Assembly (NCBI GenBank): GCA_020891255.1 | Contig: BQFW01000008.1 | Span: 2,294,001 to 2,358,000 of the forward strand | Direction of reading: 5' to 3' | DNA from: Entomortierella parvispora E1425 | Lineage: Eukaryota; Fungi; Mortierellomycota | DNA: 64,000 nt | Shown: positions 57,864-64,000 of the stretch, piece by piece | Numbering within the stretch: position 1 is the stretch's first letter | How the letters are laid out: every line of letters begins with the position of its first letter | Translations under genes and position numbers: made by a program | The notes under the pieces: model-generated | Database searches by the model: none | What the model was told of the DNA's origin: nothing | The model's input: the letters and a program-made list of their open reading frames with translations, nothing else

Positions 57864-58340
57864 GACTGTCTGTATGTGGAGGGGACGACTAGAGAACGAG
57901 ATGAGGAGACGAGATGATGCATGATGGCGAACATTGAACCTGGCCCTGGCCCTGGCCGCGATTTTACACGTGACATCTAGTCACATGATGCGCCACCAAT
58001 TTTCGCTTCATTTAAAAAAATCGCGTTTGTGTTTGTTGACAACAGGACAGGGGCACAAACAAGGCCAGGCGGGACGCGTCTCGGTTGACGCTCTTTCTTT
58101 CGTTGCCACCATCCTCATCCTCATCCTCATCCTCATCCTCATCCCCATCCTCTTTCCTCTTTCCTCTTTCCTCATCCTCTTTCTTCTTTCCTTCTTCTCC
58201 TTGCATTCCCTCTCTTTGGTGTATTCCCCTCTCGTCATTACCACATCTCTTCCTTCCACGAGTTACACATTGCAGAGGAATAGGTCCAGAGGAATCAGTC
58301 CCCCCATTCACATCCTCAATCCCTCCTGTCTATTGCTACC
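57864..58340. promoter_or_regulatory. Short bidirectional promoter region (EMC2/SMC1) with a CACGTGAC motif
   Basis: Divergent ATGs ~480 bp apart. CACGTGACATCTAGTCACATG near 57967. Confidence 0.5.
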
Positions 58341-61300
58341 ATGGGTCGACTGCACAGGATCGAGCTCGAGAATTTCAAGTCCTACAAGGGCCACCAGACT
58401 ATTGGACCATTCAATGACTTTACTTGTGTCATTGGTCCTAACGGTGCAGGTAATTGACTTCGTCAGACTCTACTTCTTTTCAATTCTTTTGTCCGCCTTT
58501 CGCTCGCATGTCTTTGCCACCATTTTTTTCTTCTTCTTCTTATGGACCAAACACTCATCAATTATTTTCATGTCTTCTGTATACAGGAAAGTCAAACTTG
58601 ATGGATGCCATCTCCTTTGTTCTTGGAGTAAAGTCGGCCCACCTTCGATCCAGTCAACTCCGAGAGTTGATCTATCGTGACCGTGCAGAGGACTCTCAGG
58701 ATACGCAGAGGAATGGCGCAGCAGGTAGTAGCAAGAATAACCGACCAACTCCAGTCAATGATAACGACCCTAGAAGGACCTGGGTGATGGCTGTATACCA
58801 AAACGATGATGGATCTGAGATCCGTTTCACCAGAAGGTAAAGCCGAGTTGCACAGATCATTTTCATCATTTTTCCAGCAAACTGGATAGAAATAATTTGT
58901 ACTAATCAACTTCCATATTGTATGGTGTGTTGTGCAGCGTCAACATGGCCGGTATCAGTGAATACAAGATCAATGGGGCTGCTAAAAGATATGCGGACTA
59001 TGACAAGGCGCTTCAGGATATCAACATCTTGGTCAAGGCTCGCAATTTCTTAGTGTTCCAGGTGGGCGCGCTTTTGTTTTTGATTATGTGAGGCTGCCTT
59101 CAACATGACTCAATATTAACTTCAGATTTTCTTCAATCGTTATCCTTTCTATAGGGCGATGTTGAGGCGATTGCATCGCAGTCTCCCAAAGACCTCACCA
59201 AGCTCATCGAGCAGATCAGTGGCTCCCTCGAATTGAAACAACGTTATGACGAATTGCAGCAGGAGCAGGAGCGCGCAGTGGAAAAGTCAACCTTTAACTT
59301 TCATCGGAAAAAGGGCATTAACGCCGAAATTAAGCAATACCAAGAACAAAAGGCCGAGGCTGAGCGGTTCGAGACTTTGCAAGAAGAGAAGGCCAATCTG
59401 CTCGTGAACTATCTTGTGTGGAAATTGTTCCACATTGAGAACAGCATCACATCGACTGAAGAAACCATTGTAACAAAGTCGGAGGCGCTGAGGATAACGC
59501 AGGGCGAGTTGGTAAGCATGGAGCATGTGGACATATCCTGATTCTTTCTTTCACCCTCAGTGGATAAGCTAACCGTTGACCTGAATATTATAGGATGATC
59601 TCGAGGAATCTCTGAAGAGCGCAAAGAGGAACCAGGCAGAGGCTCAGCGAGATGCGTATCGCAAAGAGCGGTCTATTGCAAAGCGCGAGAAAGCTTTGAA
59701 TGAGTTGGTAGGTCTCCAAATCAAGGACGAAGATTGTTTACTAAGATTGTACTAATGTCCCGCTATGCATGGTAAAACATAGCATCCTGAAGCACTTGCT
59801 TTGGACGAAAAGGTTGCTCATGTAACCAAAAAGATCAAATCCATGAAAGCGAATGAGATCGCCATCAAAGAAACGTATACCGCCCAACACAAGAGTGTCT
59901 CCCAGCAAGAGGTCGAACTTTCTCAGTTGGAACGTCGTGCCGCCAAATTCGAGCAAGAAGCAAAAGCCAAGGAGGAGATTCAAGGTGTGACATTGAGCTC
60001 CGAAGATCTCGCCGAGTACAGTACAAAGTAAGTCAGGAAAGAATTACTCGAATAACCCCGCGCTGATGGCTCCTTTGCTTACGTCATTCTATCTGCCTCG
60101 ATAGGAAAGAGCAGGTTGCGCTGCAAACTGTGCCACAAACTCAGCGACTGGGTCAACTCAAGAGAAATATTAAGACCGAGCGAGAGGAAAACAGTCGACA
60201 AAGAGAGGCTGTCCAGGTACTTGCAACCAAAAAATCACGGCTCTCGGAACAGGAACAGATCTTGAGCGATCATCAGCGCAAACTCGAGTCCCAGGTGGCC
60301 CAAGCTCTGCAAGATCAGGCGAGAGCCCAGCATGATCTTCAGAATCTCAACAACGAGCGAATCAAGATTGAAAAAACTGAGCTCGAGTTGAACGAAAAAC
60401 TGACTAGCACCATGAACCAACTTATGGAGGCCAAACTGGATCAGCGGGAATCTGAAAAGGAGCAGAAGCTAAAGGAAACGTTGAGCTCACTCATGCGAAT
60501 CTTCCCTGGAGTATACGGACGTGTCACAGATCTGTGCAAACCGACTCAGAGAAAATACGATGCCGCCGTTGCTGTCGTTCTTGGACGCCATTTGGACGCC
60601 ATCGTGGTGGATCGGGAAAAGACCGCCATTGAGTGTATCCAACTTTTGAGAGAACAGCGGTCGGGCCACGCAACTTTCCTTCCACTGGACACTCTTGTTG
60701 TCAAGCCCGTCAACGACCGACTCAGAAGTCTCTCCAAGGGCGCTCGTTTGGCCTGTGATATTGTTCAGTACGATGAAGTCCTTGAGCGTGCCATTCAGTA
60801 TGTCTGTGGCAATGACCTTATTTGCGACACCGTGGAAATCGCCAAACATGTCTGTTACGAAATGGGACAGCAGGTCAAGGCTGTAGCATTGGATGGAACA
60901 GTCTTTCACAAGAGCGGTCTGATTACTGGTGGCCAGTCTGGCATTGGTTCGAGTGCCAGGCGATGGGAGGAGCGTGTCGTCGATGACTTGAAGAGAAGGC
61001 GTGATCTCATGTTGGCCGAACTCAACGAGCTGTCAAAGACGAAGAAGAGGGGAGTTCCTGAAGAGTCGCTGAAGAGTGAGCTGGCTGGTATCGAAAGCAA
61101 ACTGTCTTTCACTCGTGAAGATCTCAGCGCAACAAAGCGCAAGCTGAACGGAGTCCGTGAGGAAATCAATCTTATTGATGCAGAGCTCGCTGTGAAGGCT
61201 CCTCTTGCTGAGCAATCCTCCAAGGTTTTGGCCGAGCATGAGCGTGAGATTGCTCAAGTTGAAGAGGAAGTGCATCGAGTCGAAGATGTGGTGTTCGAAT

Positions 61301-62904
61301 CTCTCTGCCGAAGAGTACGCGTGGTGAATATCCGCGAGTATGAAGAGCAAAAGCTGAAGCGAGCTCAGGAGCTATCGGAGACCAGAGCCATGTTTGAGAC
61401 TCACTTGTCCAAGCTAAGGAACCAACTTTTGTTCGAAGGCACACAGCTGAAAGAGACAAAAGAGAGAATCACTCGTTTGGATATCTCAATGGCTTCCGAG
61501 ACTGTCGCGTTGGATGTTTATGAAGGCCAGCGAGACGAAATCCAGGCTCAGCAGTCAGATATTCAGCAGCAGATCACAGTGCTTAAAGGAGATCTTGAAG
61601 CTGCCTTGAAGACCTTCCAAGTCAAATCAGACCAAGCCAACGTTTTCAAGAAGCAAGTCTCGCGAGTCAACAAGCGAGTAGACGCTATGATGAAGGAAAT
61701 CAGTTCGAAGGTATCAACTTTGCACATTTATTTTTTTTATTTTCATTCTAAACGCATAATTGCCTCTTTTCTAACCATTTCATCCAACCACTTCTAAACT
61801 TAGGAATCCCTGGTGGACACGCTGGACTCTGAGAGATCTTCTATCTTCAGACGTTGCAAGCTGGAGCAAGTTGACCTTCCAATGGAGAAAGGTTCTCTCG
61901 ACGATGTGCCTTTGGATGATGTGGATATGTATCGTCCACCTACTTCGAGCGAGAACGACATGGATGTTGATAACGATGGTAGCGGCCCTACTAGCGCATC
62001 ACAAGGACCACGTAGTCAAGACTGGAAGATTACAGTAGATTTCTCAGAATTGGATGAGGACCAAAAGCAGGTGCTGCCCAGTTCAAGCTCGCAGTCACGT
62101 TCTTCAGGTCCTGATGCGTCTGGTTCTTCAGGGTTGGATCTCCAGCGTCTGTCCCTCTCTGGATCACAGCCCACCAGTGGTGGTCATAGCGGAGAGTCTG
62201 GCGAAAGCGGCACTATGGAGCAGATGGAAAACGAGTTTCTGGATCGGTTGAAGCAGCTCTCTGATGAAATTGAGCGCTTGGCTCCTAATATGAAGGCGAT
62301 TGAGCGATTGGATGGCGTCGAGGCGCGTCTGAAGAAGACCGACAAGGAGTTTAATGCTGCTCGCAAGAGTGCCAGAGATGTCAAGGAAGCCTTTAGCACG
62401 GTGAAGCAGGAGCGTTACGATCGATTCCATGGTGCTTTTCAACATATCTCTGAAAAAATTGATGAGATCTATAAGGCTCTAACAAGGTCTACTGCGTTCC
62501 CAATGGGCGGAACAGCGTACTTGTCGTTGGAGGACACAGAAGAGCCGTATTTGGACGGTATCCGGTACCATGCCATGCCACCGCTAAAGCGATTTCGAGA
62601 TATGGACCAGCTTTCTGGAGGTGAAAAAACAATGGCGGCCTTGGCACTGTTGTTTGCTATCCATTCCTACCGCCCCTCGCCATTCTTCGTTCTGGATGAG
62701 GTGGACGCAGCGTTGGACAACATGAACGTGGCGAAGATTGGTCATTACCTTCAGCAACATGCGTCAAAGGATCTGCAATTTATTGTCATCTCTCTCAAGA
62801 GCTCCCTGTACGAACGTGGGCAGGGACTGGTTGGAATCTACCGAGACCAAGGTGTGAACAGCAGTAAAACTCTGACCCTTGGTTTGGATCAGTTTGAAGA
62901 GTAG
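58341..62904 (+). CDS. SMC1: Cohesin subunit SMC1, multi-exon
   Basis: IELENFKSY, Walker A GPNGA|[14 protein letters not shown], hinge [31 protein letters not shown], signature LSGGEKT, Walker [13 protein letters not shown]. Confidence 0.97.
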
Positions 62905-62976
62905 GCTGACTGCAGAGAAGCGAGTTGCAAAATAAACACGAAAACTGCATTTCGCCTTTGGTTATTATGTGATGTT

Positions 62977-64000
62977 CTATGGCACACTGACATTGTCTTC
63001 ATTCTGTGGTTGAAGTGCGCGGTATTTAACTTGTCGGTCCCAAGAGCTCATCCTCCAGTTTCTTTTGGCCATGCGTCGCATCTCATTTGTAAAAGTATGT
63101 GCTAGCGACGCCAAAGACTGTGAGGTTCCAGCTGAAGGGGTAGCAATCCAAGATGTCAGCTCGAGCTCGACTTGACTCCAAGAAAGCGCAGGTCCATTGT
63201 CCTGTTTTGTCCGTTTGCCCCTAACTTTATCCTGGCGATCTGTTTTGCTATTGGTACTGCTGCAGCCATCGCCACGACTGCCACCATCTCTCTCAGGTGT
63301 TGTGGCATCCAAGAGCATCCTTTTGACATGGGCCAGGATGATAGGGGAGACCTTGTTCCCGATATTGGTCAAGATGGCCAGATCTCGTTCCAAGAATGGT
63401 TGTAATAGGACCATGTCTGATTCTTGAATATGATCCGCCAGTGGATACTCTTCGGGTGGGCAGGGTTCAAGGCCCAAGGCGTAGACCTGGTTCCTGTCGA
63501 CTGGCAGAAAGGGTTCATCTGAAAAATCAGTTTTGACTGCGGAGGAAGGAGAGGGTGGTGTCGTGCTTCGCCGAGGTACAGGGAACGGATAAAAGCCATC
63601 GGGTTCCTCGAGACGATGAGAGCTGTCTATTGGGGTGACAGACCGAGATCGAGATGGGCTAAGCGAGGTGGAGTCGGAAGGGGGGATGGAGAGAGACCTG
63701 GATCTTGATCGATGCCGCTTTTCTCGTTGTGTCTGCTCTTTGTCGTCATGTTCGTCATAGTCATCCAAAGAGAGTAGAGACCGCTTCCTTCTGGGCATTT
63801 GATATTGGCCCTGTCCCTGTCCCTGATCCTGGTCCTGGTCCTGGTCCTGATCCAGCGTATGTCCTGGCTTCGAACCCCCAAAAGGCTCTCGACCTCGGAG
63901 CTTTTCCTCTTCCATGAGCGCAATGCGGTTCAAGGCAGAGATCAAGGCACTGCGCGAGTTTTTTGAGATTGAGAGTGTGTGGATGACCTCCAGAGAAGTA
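62977..64000 (-). CDS. 3' part of a hypothetical gene entering from beyond the window end
   Basis: 322-aa open frame with DQ/GQ and RS repeats. No domain recognised. Confidence 0.55.
   Translation of the reverse strand, partial: TSLEVIHTLSISKNSRSALISALNRIALMEEEKLRGREPFGGSKPGHTLDQDQDQDQDQGQGQGQYQMPRRKRSLLSLDDYDEHDDKEQTQREKRHRSRSRSLSIPPSDSTSLSPSRSRSVTPIDSSHRLEEPDGFYPFPVPRRSTTPPSPSSAVKTDFSDEPFLPVDRNQVYALGLEPCPPEEYPLADHIQESDMVLLQPFLERDLAILTNIGNKVSPIILAHVKRMLLDATTPERDGGSRGDGCSSTNSKTDRQDKVRGKRTKQDNGPALSWSQVELELTSWIATPSAGTSQSLASLAHTFTNEMRRMAKRNWRMSSWDRQVKYRALQPQNEDNVSVP

Overview
Intron-rich eukaryotic DNA from a fungus, most likely an early-diverging lineage such as Mortierellaceae (inferred from the ENA ATPase, short GT-AG introns and F-box/LRR-type genes). 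Positions 1-35.8 kb and 56.4-64 kb hold ordinary genes: FAD monooxygenase, F-box/LRR protein, prephenate dehydratase, GATA factor, HMG-CoA synthase, ENA ATPase, MAK21/NOC1, mL41, ATP7, glutaredoxin, an EEP-family nuclease/phosphatase, OPI10/Hikeshi, tRNA-Cys, an F-box protein, a glycogen-binding-domain protein, EMC2 and SMC1. Between them is a ~20 kb mobile-element island (36.0-55.6 kb) around a second tRNA-Cys gene. It contains (i) a foldback/MITE-like element just downstream of the tRNA; (ii) a young Ty3/Gypsy LTR retrotransposon inserted 7 bp upstream of the tRNA, with a 4-bp TSD and a +1 frame change inside the protease; (iii) a ~2.35 kb-armed, near-perfect inverted repeat with a small secreted 8-Cys protein gene in each arm and a decayed SWIM/MULE-type fragment in the spacer; (iv) a hAT-type transposon with 681-bp TIRs inserted into the right arm. 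Exon boundaries and identities were read by eye with no alignment or database search, so coordinates of intron-containing genes are approximate.
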